64,000 nt of DNA from NCBI GenBank assembly GCA_964035545.1, contig OZ037770.1:6086729-6150728 (forward strand), written 5' to 3'. A program made the translations under genes and the position numbers. Numbering within the stretch: position 1 is the first letter of the stretch; every line of letters starts with the position of its first letter. The stretch is from Bugula neritina. Taxonomy: Eukaryota > Animalia > Bryozoa. Below the pieces are notes generated by a model. The model saw only the letters and a program-made list of their open reading frames with translations, did no database searches and had not been told where the DNA came from. Below, one piece after another: positions 1 to 55,000 of the stretch.

Positions 1-2093
1 GGTGCGGGGGGGGGGTTCACCGGTACAGGTGGGTCTTCCCCAGCTCTATTACCCTTCTCAATTTGAGGAGTCTCCATCTCACTGGGGGCTGCAGGTATGT
101 TTGCCGGCTCCACTAGTGCCGCCTCTTCCGGTCTCTGCACTATAACCTTCAACTCCCTGTCAGCCATAGCTCTTCCCCTCATGGTCGGACAGCGCGTAGG
201 TTGCAGAAGTGGCTGAGCCTGCCCGGTTGCATCAGGGCTCGCCAAATATAGCTTCAGGCGGGCTTCACTCTGAATTGACACTTGATCCGAATGTACCATC
301 TTATGTGTGTGATTGGATATCACCTCGGTCAAGCATTAGGGACCCATGGAATTTGGCTGTAACTTGGCTGCCTGTCTGCGCCACTAGCAGTGACCGATCA
401 TCTAAACACAATCTCTTTCTTTATAAAAATGGCGGTGGTCAGAGTCTTCACTCCTTAACCGCCATTGCTATTCACGCAAAATCTCGTGAGCCATCCTTAC
501 CCTAGTAATGAGATCATCCACGTACTCATGGACATTGCTCTTTGGAGCAGGAACCTGGTAGGTTAAGTACTCATGAAACCTCCTTTTTCTACTGAGCATG
601 AAAGAGTTCAGGTTAGCCAGTGTGCTGGAGTGAGGGGTGCCACGGAATGCTTGCCTACTCTTTTTGACTTCTACCCAGTAGCAGGCTTCTCAGCTAGTCG
701 CCTAGCATACGGTTGCTCCACTCAACAATCCCATTTCCTTGCGGATGATATGGGTTGACTCTTCTGGTTTTACAGAGATCCCTTATGAGTTCCGACTGAA
801 AGTGGGCACCCTGATCAGTGTGTCTGGCAAGCCTAAATAACAGAATGTGTTCTGATCCCAGGCTCTGGCCACCATAAGGCAATAGCCAGAGGATCAGCAC
901 ATCGCATAAAGTGGTCATTTGACACCAGTATCCAGTTTTTACTTTTTTCAGCTGTGGGCATGGCGCCCACACCTCTGCGGCAACTACTTGCCACAGACGA
1001 CCGTCATGGAAGCGAGGTCTCCCCGCAGTCTCAGTAGAGCAGCTGTGCTTACTAGCCTGGCATGTCTCACACTTCCACACCTAGAGTGGGAAATTCCGGG
1101 ACAATACCACCGGAGCTGCAGACACCTGGCACAGGATAGTTAGGGGCATCCTCACTAAGAATATCATAAATTTAGCTCACAATATAGTCTAGGTTCTTGC
1201 TATAATATTGTTCTGTGAGTGGCATGTGTATTGCCTGCTTGTGTATGTTCAGCCTGATATTAAACTATGACCAATAAACAGCAACCTCAAATAGGGCTGC
1301 ATTATATTTCAACATTCCATTTTGGCTACTCTATAAATAAATTACACACCAAGCTATTCACAAGCTTGTAGGCTAGCAGGTGTGTAATTAGTAATGGACA
1401 CGCAAATATCTTCTCATCTCTACGCGTTCACTGAAGCGCGAAGTGATGCGCAGTGCCTATTAGTAAAGAAAAATTATCACATTTTCAGTGTATAAATCAC
1501 TAATTTATAGAAAATCTATAAAGGCTATCAGGAATATTACAAAAATCGCGCTGCAGAAATATCTCAGGATTCCAAGAATACTTTCTTTTTTCAGATATTA
1601 TGTTTTCCTGCTGAGATATTTTACTGGTACTGACATGATGTTTTTTTAGCTGAAAATAGGGGAAAATGGGTTGTTTTTTGTCTGTAGCTTAGCCAGAATA
1701 TGGAAATGTAAAACTTCCAAAAACCCGGGCTGAGGAAGAATGCTATCAACAACATAGCTTTTAAATTTTGATTCTAGCACAATTAGGTATGGTTACCCGC
1801 CCAGGTTTAGCATGAGCTTGCTTATGAGTATCCCAGATCAGCTCCCGGCAAAGGACAAATGGACAAACTACCCTCTCACGTTCCTGGTGATTTGCACCGC
1901 ATGCTAACGTTATCGTTAGCAGCCCATCACTATTGAACTTTAGGGAGTCCCAATGGTGACAGAAATAATTGAACTCTGCACACTTGACCCATTGTTCAGC
2001 CTCACTAGGCCGTTGTCCCTCCTTTTTCGCATGGACTATGTTGGCTACCATATGTTGGCAGTTGGATCTTGCAGAGTGAGGTTGTGTTTTCAA
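1..2093 (-). mobile_element. Degenerate Gypsy-type integrase region, split by an insertion at 1130-1788
   Basis: ORFs 1761-2093 (ERVVCP..RELIWDTHKQAHA) and 694-1080 (CETCQASKH, WQVVA, HTDQG, YHPQGNG) match the integrase of the Gypsy element at 8779-9600; many frameshifts. Confidence 0.8.
1130..1788. mobile_element. Non-autonomous deletion derivative of the CACAGG DNA transposon family, with one end truncated
   Basis: Starts CACAGGATAGTTAGGGGCATCCT, like the terminus at 61780; 1400-1788 resembles the reverse complement of about 51600-52000. Confidence 0.75.
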
Positions 2094-2119
2094 GGCTCTA
2101 TATAGCCTTATACTACAGA

Positions 2120-2440
2120 TCCGAGACTTCTTAGATTTAGAAAAGGGGGCAAGTGTGGTGGCGTCAGAGTCAACCGCAGTACTAAAACTGGCAAAGTGCC
2201 ATTACCTGCAGTTGTGCTCACTAATGCACAATCTCCAAGAAATAAACTCGACAAACTTCATGGTCTCCTAAAACCAAACGACTCAGTAACCAATCTCAGC
2301 TTGTTTGTATAACCGAATCCTGGCTTACTCCAAAAGTGCTACTTTCAAGAACTGAGCTTGAAGGTTATGAACAGGTTTGGACAGACTTCTAGATGCTAGC
2401 AGTAAAACCTGTGAAGGTGGCATTCTAGTCTATATTGACA
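2120..2440 (+). mobile_element. Degenerate LINE fragment (start of an AP-endonuclease ORF)
   Basis: Translates with frameshifts to RGKCGGVRV..PLPAVVLTNAQSPRNKLDKL..CITESWL, typical of LINE endonuclease N-termini. Confidence 0.55.
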
Positions 2441-3839
2441 ACAATAGAGGGGTTTCAGACATCCCTCTAGGGCAATTTGTATTTTTAAAGTTGTCTCCCC
2501 CAACAGGGATTGGGGGCAGTCTCGATGATATATAGAAGGCCCATAAAATAAGTAGAAATGTAAGGTTTGAGTGAAAACTACTACTAGTATAAGTTTCATT
2601 TTTTCTGAAATTAATATTTTGACATAAGTACACATATGAGCAGTTTCAGAAATTTTTCAAAAAATTTTGTTAATGATAAATGGCACAAAAACAAAAACTT
2701 CAAAGCATATTTGTGGTTTTGATTATTTAGCAAATCTGAAGCTGGCAGCTGTCATTATTATTTGCTTTGCTGACTGTAACCAGTCTGTTTAGAGCTGCTA
2801 ACCTTTCAACTCTTAGAACAATAATAACATGCTCGTACACTATATAGCTGCACTAGTGGGCTCTGTCTTACTGAACTCCAAATGCTCCAAATTATGGGTT
2901 GGAACACATGCCTGTACGTTTATGAAGGCATTGGCTCATTTGTATTAACATGTTCACGTACTTACACACCTATACTATGAAAATAACTAAGCCACCCTAC
3001 TATCTAATATTTCTATATATCAAAAAAATTATTATAAAAATAAAGATATGTATTAAAATAAATAGATTTAATTTGTAATTTCAAACAACATCTTATCTAA
3101 AAATGCCAAACACTATATAACTATATATATGTTTTAAAAACATTTGTTTACATGGCATGCCTGCAAGTCAATGAAAATATTTAGGGAACAGTAAAAAGAA
3201 GCATATACATTTCAGAATAGTTTCTTCTTTTCTGAGATGAATATTTTGGAAATGTCCCACAATTCAACAATAAAATTAAGTCTGTAAAAAAATTCAATAA
3301 ATTTTCAATAAATAATTATTCTTGCAAGCTGTTTGTATACCAACATTCCTAATACAGAAATGTTTTTGAAGCATTGTAAATTATATACTGCTGCATTGCA
3401 GAAAAAAAATTATCAAAAAAGCACTTTTCAGCCAAAGCAACTTAGCCTGTTTCCAAAAAAGAGTTGAAATGTACATTTTGTACCAGCTGTAAAGTATAAA
3501 AAAACGTCCTTCACTACCACAAGAAACAGGGGCGTGTCGACTTATCAAATATTTTTAAAGTAAACCATAATGTGTATTGCTGTGGGTGATAACATAAAGT
3601 TTACCTTTTCAAGTTATGCAATAGTTTGTTATATCCTGGAAATAACATAGTAATATGGTATGTCGTCATAAATCATTGCGTCCTAAAAAGTTTTGATAAT
3701 GAAGCGGCTCCTTGTGGTTTAAATAACCTTTATTGAATTTTTATTCACCTTGTGACTTTGCTTTGACTGTGTCTACTCTCTTGTCACAATAAGTGTATTT
3801 CTTAAAGTTTTTGCTTGGTTGAATACATAAGCAATGTTT

Positions 3840-3843
<4 letters not shown>

Positions 3844-3919
<76 letters not shown>
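3844..3919. repeat. (TA)n microsatellite
   Basis: Perfect TA run. Confidence 0.95.
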
Positions 3920-3924
<5 letters not shown>

Positions 3925-3970
3925 TATCCTTATGCAGTATACCAAATATATTTCACATTTTATATTACAG

Positions 3971-45681
<41,711 letters not shown>

Positions 45682-46480
45682 GCCACTAAAGAGGATCATT
45701 CCTAAAATGTAGCACATGATGTAACTCATAGCATTTGTCCTCTTTGCGTATCCAGCATGATATGTTGAATTCAACAAACAATAATTTTCAGTTAATGAAC
45801 CAGGAACAGTTATTCTATTAGTTTAATTGACAAATGATTTTCACTGTTATACATACTCCGCTATAATTATATGTTCATGTTAATCTGACAGTTTCTAAGG
45901 CTGTCTATCTAGTGGATTCTTTATCTACTATTTATATATCTTATAGTGTTGTCAACTAGTATATCATACTGAGTTATATATTGATTAATTTCTTGTTGAG
46001 TGTGCTTCAATTACTTTGTACTTGATGTTTTTTCACTGCTTCTTTTATGCCCTATAAAGCTTTGACAAAGCTTAGCTTTGCACTTGCTTTATTCAATCAA
46101 AAATTTATAATAATAATATTTACATGCATTATTATCACATATTTTGCTGGCTTTTTATTCAAGTTTTATTTCATATTTCTTCAATAAATTTTAATTGAAC
46201 TACACATTTTTGAAAGTCAATTTTTGTATGAGTTTTAATAGTTTCACTCATAGGAAAGCAGTCTGGTAGTAAATGTGATATGCAGATGGAAGATTTTTCA
46301 GCTGTAAAACATACTTTTGAGTTATACCTAAAAACAAACAGATTTACTCTCAAAAGATTCAATCTTACATAGTAAACCGTATTTTATATAATCTAAATTG
46401 AACTATTTGGTATTAATTTATTTGAATTTGACCTTTAGTCAAAACAACAAAATTAGCAAATACATTCACCATTTTCAACA

Positions 46481-47808
46481 CATAAAAATACCCCAAATAG
46501 TAGAGGAATATAAACCTTGATCCTTGCAATTGTTTTATCTCAATTTGTTGGTGCATGAGTACTAAATAAAGGGAAATCAGGCATTTCATTATTTAATATT
46601 TTCTGTACAAGCCTATGGTGTGTCCGTTAAAAGCTCAATATATGTATATGCTATTGTCAACTTCAATGTTCCACTGTGGCAAAGAGAATATCCGAGGAAC
46701 TCATTATAACTTGCATCATTTAGCAGTCTTTACTAATTAAGTTACTATACAGATAATAATCCGCACATGGTATACAATTATGGAACTTGCATCTGTTGAA
46801 ATACAGCCAAGATGTTGAATGCATATGATCCCTAGCCGTGAAAATTTTAAAATAAATTTTTTCATAATTACGTTTCTTATCTATTTTTAACCTGTGTGAC
46901 CTGTGGGCAAAATTTGACAAGATTTTCCATATTATAATAACAGCAATAATAGTATAAGGTGCAAGAACATAGCCAATATGATTATAATATCATGATGAAC
47001 ATCTTTGTTTCAGTGTAAGGGTTTTTATAATATTATGTTTGATATCGAAAGGACAACTTCTCACTCACCTCTCTGATGACACGATACCTCTGTTATAACA
47101 AGTCAACTATTGTGATGGTGCCAGCATGATGGCCAATCAATATATTAATATAAGTTGGTAAACTAGTTGACTAGACTCTGTTAACACTGCCAGTGTAATG
47201 GTACTCTAAGTTTAAGCCTGATATTATATACATAATATACAATAAAAGAGAATGTGTCCCAAAAATGTAATATACCCACACTGTAATATGCTAATAAACT
47301 ATAGTCATTCAATGCATAAAATTACCCCGAATATAACATAGTAATATAAACCTTGAGCCTTGTAATTGTTTTATTTCAAGTTGTTGGTACGTGAGTACTA
47401 AATAAAGGGAAATCAGGCATTTCATTATATTTAATCTTTTCTGTACAGGCCTGTGGTGTGTCCGTTAATAGCTCAACATATGCAATGCTATTGTAGACCT
47501 CAATGAATATCGGAGGAACTTATTTTATAGCTTGCATCCTTTAGCAATCTTCTATAAGTTACTAAACAGATAGTAAACTGCACACGGTATAAAAATATAG
47601 AACTTGCATCTGTTAAAATCCAATCAAGATGTCACATGCATATGATCCATATGAACTCTTAAAACGTCAATTTTCCATAAACACGTTTCTTATATATTTC
47701 GAACCTGTGCGACACGTGGGCAAATTTTGACAAAATTTTTCATATAATAACTATAAAAGTGTAAGATGTGAGAACATGACCAATAAGATTATATCATGGT
47801 AAACATTT
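46481..47808. repeat. Diverged direct duplication of about 500 bp (46481-47003 and 47315-47808)
   Basis: Shared blocks such as TGAGTACTAAATAAAGGGAAATCAGGCATTTCATT and GAACTTGCATCTGTT. Confidence 0.85.
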
Positions 47809-49069
47809 TAGTTACATTTGCTAGACAGCATATCTCAATCTATATTTCAGCTGAATTCTGCATATCAACAAGTTGGTTTGTTCTGATTCTGGTGACATGT
47901 TGACCAACTGCAGTTTGAGATAGTGGAGCTGATTTATCAACTGGTGGTGTACTAGTTCATATTGTTGTTAAATTGTGCTTCACTTTATGTGGGAACTTAT
48001 AATTAAAGTAACGCTGCTGACTTAGAGTATGAATGAGTTTATTTATGTGAATAATACAAAAGTGAGCTAACTACACACAAAGATAAACGTTGCATAGTTA
48101 TATAATAGTAGAAACACAACCTAACTAATCCACAACTACTATTCAACTGCCGTTCCTCAAGTGTGTAGCCTCCTAGCTAATTGTCAATAGCTCTCATCCC
48201 AATACATTACTAGTCATAGCCTGCAGCGTAAAAGATACTGGCTCAGCTGATTGGCTATTGCGGTTATCAATATTGCAACAGTCAATCTGCTGCAAGCATA
48301 TGCATTGTGCTATAATTTGTAATCAGGTAGAAGAAAGATGGAGTTGTCCTCTCTCGACATTGAGTTGTCCTTTCGATATACACGATGGGGGGAGGAGGGC
48401 ACAACCCTTACAATATCATACCCACAGTGTTATAAACCATAGCTTTAACATGTCTACCTCTTGTAGATGCAATTTTATAAACGCATATTTGCTTTTATTT
48501 GAAATCAACTCTTACACTTTTTAGATAGGTTCATTAGAGTTTTTGACATTTAATATTTTAAATTCATGCATATGTTTGATTAAGAATGATATTTATGTAC
48601 TTGTGCTAAACTTTATAATTTATCCATCGGAATTATTGGCTTACAAAATGTATAACTTTGCTAACATCAGATGCAATGGTAGGCCACAAGCTGAAGAGTT
48701 GAATTGTAACCTTCATACTGACTTCTTGTTATATGAATGCTCAGCACAAACATGAACCTTATTTCTTGCTGGCTGCTAGAAGACTGAAGAGCTCATGAAT
48801 ACTGGTATATGACATTACTACGTTGTCACAGCTGAAGAAGTGGGAAATTGTATCAACTTATTTATTAACCAATCAAGTTCATAACGCAGCTATGTCATTG
48901 AACTGATAAAAGGAATGAAAGTGAGGGTATATTTCAAATTAGTTTTATTAAAATAGGATACAAAAAACAAGGAAGAATTAATGCAACGGATATACTTACT
49001 TTTAACTATCAGGTGAAAGTCAACTAGTTTTAAAACTATCAGATAGTTTTACAAAAAAAAACTTCTAAC

Positions 49070-52000
49070 TACAAACTAAGAGCTAATGCTGTAGTGGACG
49101 GTGTAAAGGTGATGTCAACAACACTTGGTGTCTGTCATATGATGTATATATGTTACAAGAGTGTCAAACTGTATGTTATATAACATTTTATATTATGTAA
49201 CTCCATCAGTCACCTTCCAGAGATACTTCTACAAGAGAGTATGAGTATATATTACAATGTGAGATGTACTTTACAATATGATATGTATATTATATAGATA
49301 CTATTTACTTAGTATCATATATACTGTATACTTAGTATCATATATACTGTATACTTAGTGTCATATATACTGTATACACAATAACATATATACTATATAC
49401 TTAGTATCATATATACTGTATACATAGAATTACATCAGAGGCTGATATATATCTTACCATACCTGAAACTTGAGGCGGATAATGTAGTCCAAGGTCTAAT
49501 TGAACACCTTCAGTAGGAAGGGCAGGCTCATGAACCTCCTCTATTTTACTAAATTCAGCTGGAGAGATGTGGGCTACGCTGCCATCTAGAGTATTAATAC
49601 ATAAATATTTCCTAGTTCATGATTTACTAATAAGAGTTGTGTCCCTTCAGCAGTTACATACGTCAACCTCAATATCAGGGAGTAGTCTCACTAAAAGCCT
49701 GGCCTCACAATCGTGAGAATCACATGAAATCGTCTACTTGACACAAAAACATCGGTACGAGAAAATCTGAGGGAATTCAAACGAAATCGTCCTCGTTGGC
49801 TGTACACACCGATGACTATGGACGAAAAATCACAATAGAGGATAAGTACCACTTGATTGTTCAATAGAATTTTAGCAACAGTAGTTATTTCATTTCTACA
49901 ACTTTTCTCTATTTGGTAATTTCCTGCTGTTTTTACCTTGCGCAAAACTCATTCACGGACTATTTATTATGTGTTTTGTCTGACGAGTGTGTGGCTCATC
50001 ATAATGAGAGGATAACTCACAAAAATCGTCACACGATTTCGTTTGATTCTCACGATCGCAAGGCCAGGCTTTAAAACTTTTACAGTTTTACTGCAATGTG
50101 AAATTGCAACTGCACTATAGACTTGTTCTTTTAGTGAATAACGGGATTTATATCCTAGCTGCCACTTTGGCATTGCTCAGTCGCCAAAACCACAAATATA
50201 TGCTTTGAGGTTTATTTTTCGAATGTTATCCTGAACCAGTAGTTTTTTGAAATGCTAATTTAAGCCTGGCATCAGCAATATGTCTATCACCAAATTGAAA
50301 AGGTGTATAGCATTGTTGCATATTGCATGTAAAGCAGTCAAACTGTAAATTTCAGTTGAAGCATGTACCTGCTAATGGGGCACAACTCTTGATTGTAAAT
50401 TGACATCGCAAACATACATTGTAGGAAAGGAGTATATCATATATAAATACTTTCTTGACTGTTAAATGAATAAGTTGATGGATGTGTTATATATATATAT
50501 ATTCAAATAACTGATAGAGTGGTGAAGATATAAACAGTAGGAAGAAGAAATAATATTAGACCAGCAGGTAATTAATGCAGTAAACCAAAAAATAATTCTG
50601 AACATATTCTCTAAGATAATTACCAGATACTTGTTGGGGGGTTTCAACCTCAACTACAGTGTCCTGTATGCTGTTGTGTAACATATTAGAGTTGAGTCTG
50701 GCTAACAGAGCTGCTGTCTCGGGAGTCGGAGCTGAGCTGGTGTGGATGCTGCCATCTGACAGCTGTGTCTTCACCCTTGAGATCATGTGACCTGGGAGAG
50801 AAATCATGCGACCTGGTAGAGAGAGATCATGTGACCTGGGAGAGAGAGAGATCATGTGACTTCATAGAGAGCAATCATGTGATCTGGTAAAGAGAGATCA
50901 TGTGACTGATTGATACTAACCTGACTCTTGACCTTCATGAGCGAGTGTTACTGTCACAGTCTTTAGATGGGGGCCTATATGTGACGCCCAGTCTTCAGTC
51001 CATACTCGATCCTGCTCAAATGCTAAAGTATTCACACTGCCCTACGAAGTAATTTATATACATAGTTACTATGTGTGCATATAAAAACAACTTCAAAAAA
51101 CAGAATTGCTCTTTAGTGCTAATTTGCCAGCAAGTGCAGATTGCTGAAGTCACATGTTGTCTAAACAGTAGCGCTGACACGGCACCACCAGCCAATCACA
51201 AGAAATCTTCTAACCTAATTGCCAATCGCAGGAGGTTTATTATTTATGTTCCAATAGCAGAAAAAATTTTAATGACGGCACAAGGTGAACATAATTTCAT
51301 AGCTGTCAATGTGAACATGCATGAAATAGTATAAAGACGTAGCCAATCATGAGAGATCATATTAATTACTTTCCAATCACAAAAACTTTTACAATTTTAC
51401 AATTAACACCACATGTATAGCAGTACCTCTTTGAGTGGCAGCACGCCACTATCAATATCACGGAGAGCTGTGTGGATGTGATTCTTCAGATCGCTGACAG
51501 CACAGGATAGTTAAGGGCAACCTTTTAGCTGCAACTGCCTCACTGAGGTTTGCATTGTAATCATATAAGATTTCAGTACCAGTAAAATAAAATCTCACCT
51601 AATTGTGCTAGAGCCACAATTTAAAAACTATGTTGTAGATCTTCTTTTTCCTCAGGGTAACTTTTTTGGAATTTTCAATTTTCAATTTTTTTGCAAAGTT
51701 ACAGACAAAAAACTGCCCATTTTTGGCCAATTTTGCCTGAAAAGCTGACTTTTCAGTACCAGTAAAATATCTCAGCAGTAAAACATGATATCTAAATAAA
51801 AATTGCACGGTTAGAATCCTGAGATATTTCTCCAGGGTAAGTTTTTTCATTTTTTCAATAAGCCTTCTAGATTTTTCATAAATTGGTGATTTATACACTG
51901 AAAATGCTATATTTTTCCCTGAGGAATTAGCAGAGCGCACCACTTCGCGCTTCGTTGAACACGTAGAGGTGAGAAGACACCAACGCACTTATTACTAGTT

Positions 52001-55000
52001 ACTAGCTACTAGCTCCCTGCTTATGCAATGCAATGTTGACAATGTTCATGATAAGCTTTGAATGCGTGTCAGAAGAGCGTAAGATGTGGTGACGCTAGGG
52101 GGTGAAGTGAACAAATAACCTATTTTAGAAAAAGTAATTTTATCTAAAATTGCAACATATTTCCTAAATTATTATTATTTAAATAACGTAATACAATTTA
52201 TGTAAATACAATGCAAAAGTAAAAAATTAGAATGGGAGTTTATATAATGGGGGGGGGTTATAAATTTTAAAAAATCCACCCCTGAACAAACTGAGACTTT
52301 AAGCAAATTGCTGTATTTATGGCTCATTATTCACGACCTACAGTGTACAAAGAACGATAGCTGAGTACCATCTGCGTGTTTATATTATTATTCTCACTCG
52401 GCAAGTGACAAACTGAGATTGGAATTATTCAACAGTGAAAGTATTTCTTTGTGGGACAGGGTGAGTAAATTTTTCAGCAAATGTTCACATAATATTTATA
52501 GTGATGATCTTATAATTATAATTACTAGTATTAGTATTACGGCTAATATATTCGTAATTATTAATAATATTATTTATTAATTACTATTACTATTAGTATT
52601 ACTAATACTAATAGTAATTAATAAATAATGATAGTATTATTTTAATTTAATATGATATATATCATTTTAATTTTTACAAATATTATTCAATAATTTTTTT
52701 TATATATTTGTATTTATTTAGTTACCGGCAATGACGTATCTAATAAAAAGTCATGAGCTATGATTATGACTATGAGTATCCACATGAGTATCAGTACGAG
52801 TATCAGTAAGACTCATGTCATAATATTAATCATGTCAATGATATTGAACTAGAACAAACATGTTCAGTGATGTTGAATTACACTTCAGGAAAGATAATTT
52901 CATTTTTTGATAATTGATTTGGTTTCACCTTCAGGTTTATTTTTCTTAGAGTTATAGAAAAAAAAATAGAAAAAAGGATGCGAATAAAATCAATAATTTT
53001 ATTATAGAAGCTCATTAATCTGATTCAACCAATAATTAATAACTTTAATTTTCCAACTGTCTTCTGAGCTACGTTCCATAGAAATCAGTCCTTTATCTCT
53101 GAACTTGCTAATGGTTTTTGCTTTTTCTTCTTCCTCTAATATTTTAACAAATTTCAAGAAATAGGGCTTTATATTAGTGCTGGCAGATTTCAACATTAAT
53201 TTATTAACGCAAGAGTTATTTTGTTTGAACCGTTGTTTAGCTGAAAGAAAGCTTTCTAAAATAGTTTTACTGTAAGGCCATAGACTCCTCATAGCATCTA
53301 AAATTGAAAAGCAACTGATTGCAAGTAAGGTGGGCGTGGGCAGAAATATATGCTGTAAAACACCACTGTGATTGTAATTATTTCAGATAACATGCGAGTG
53401 TACTGGCTGCACTGAAGTAGCTGCATGGTTCAATTTCCTAAATATAAAATGACTATAACTTATTTTACTAAAAATATAGGTATGTTATACGTGTATGATA
53501 ACCTTACTTAAAGCAACTTACCAGTAACTGTATTCTTTTGTTGAAGTTTCTTAGGCAAAATGCTTGGTACCTCTGTCTGGCCTGCCAATTTAAAATAATT
53601 TTTTCTCAGTGTATTTGATGTATTTCAACTTGATGAATAATTTTAAAATTGGGAGGCAGCATCTAGAATTACTTACATTGTGTCAACAATGGCACAGCAC
53701 ACACATATGAAGATTCATCAAGCTTCTCATCTGTTTCATTCAAGCTATTGGGTGCAGAAACAGCAATAGAGTTCCCTATTTCTTTATACTTGTCCTTTGC
53801 CAAACTCCTCAACACATTGCTTATAGCAGGCTTGATTTCTTCATATTTTTTTGACACTGTTGAAAAAAAATTATTGCTCATTTTTCAAATTGCTTGTAAT
53901 TAACATATAAATGTATATATATATATATATATATATATTTCAGAAGAATATTTTACCTTGCTTATTCGTTTCATCTGTCAGCATGTCACACAAAAGTGGA
54001 ATTTTTAATGAATTTTTATTTCTGATGCAAAACTCCCAGCTTGTTTTCAGCATGTTGTTTATATCTTTCATGTTTCTCGATCTAATAAAAATATTTCTGG
54101 TGGTTACCAAACATGTTAAATAAAACATACTGCTTAGAATCAATAGGATCTAGATAGTAGCTGTTCAAATTTTGTATGCAATTTTTTTCAAGTTAGGACA
54201 TGCAATTTAGATTCAAGTTGTAAAGAATTTCCATTTATTTTTCTTCAAGTGAAAGTTTATTTTCTGTAATTAATTTTATTTTCTTTGATTAATTTTGAGG
54301 AAGAAACAGTCTTCTTTTGTTGTATGATATATACGATATATGATTTATAGTGATATATAGGTAGTTAAGATATTTACCTGAAATGAGTTAATATTGGCCC
54401 TGAATTGTAGTTGTCTGGGCAGTTTTTTCCATCCTTAAATTCTACTCCCCCATCGTGCACCTTGAACCAAACTCCTTCTCCAATTTCCAGAAAGTCAGCA
54501 ATTCGTCGGAAATGGTGAAGTGTTGCTGTCTTATGAGCTTTGAGGAAACTAGTGTAAAAATAGTAATAGACTTTTAAATAGCATATTTGCCTGTGTTTAG
54601 TAGCAATATCATACACAACAAAGTAGCTACTATTCTTACTTATCAGACAGTGACCTACTTGTTTGAGAATATGGTGTTGTGTCCTAGGCTAAGGCCACTA
54701 CATGCATTGGAGATAGTGTGCTCCTGTCTGCCGTAGCTGGTAATGGCATCATCAGCAGCCTTTCTTTCTACCACTATTCTAAACATGGCACTTGCTATGA
54801 TACTTTGCGATTTTCTGTTGGAACACCTCAGCGTTAGTTCCCTAAAACAATACTGTTTTCATAGATTACAATAATATTATCAGGGCTGAATTTTAATCTG
54901 AGTTCTTTCTACAGCACCCCTAGTAAGCTATTTGCATTCATTGTCAAGTGAGTGGACAAACTTTGCATAAATTCCTGTTGTACTAGTATTATTTTTCAGT

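Noticed and set aside
2440-3970. Start exon of the ROCO gene
   Set aside because: No convincing ATG exon with a phase-2 donor was found; the 5' end probably lies upstream of the window
46481-47808. Duplicated segment as a possible gene or ncRNA
   Set aside because: No shared ORF or structure; appears to be a neutral intergenic duplication
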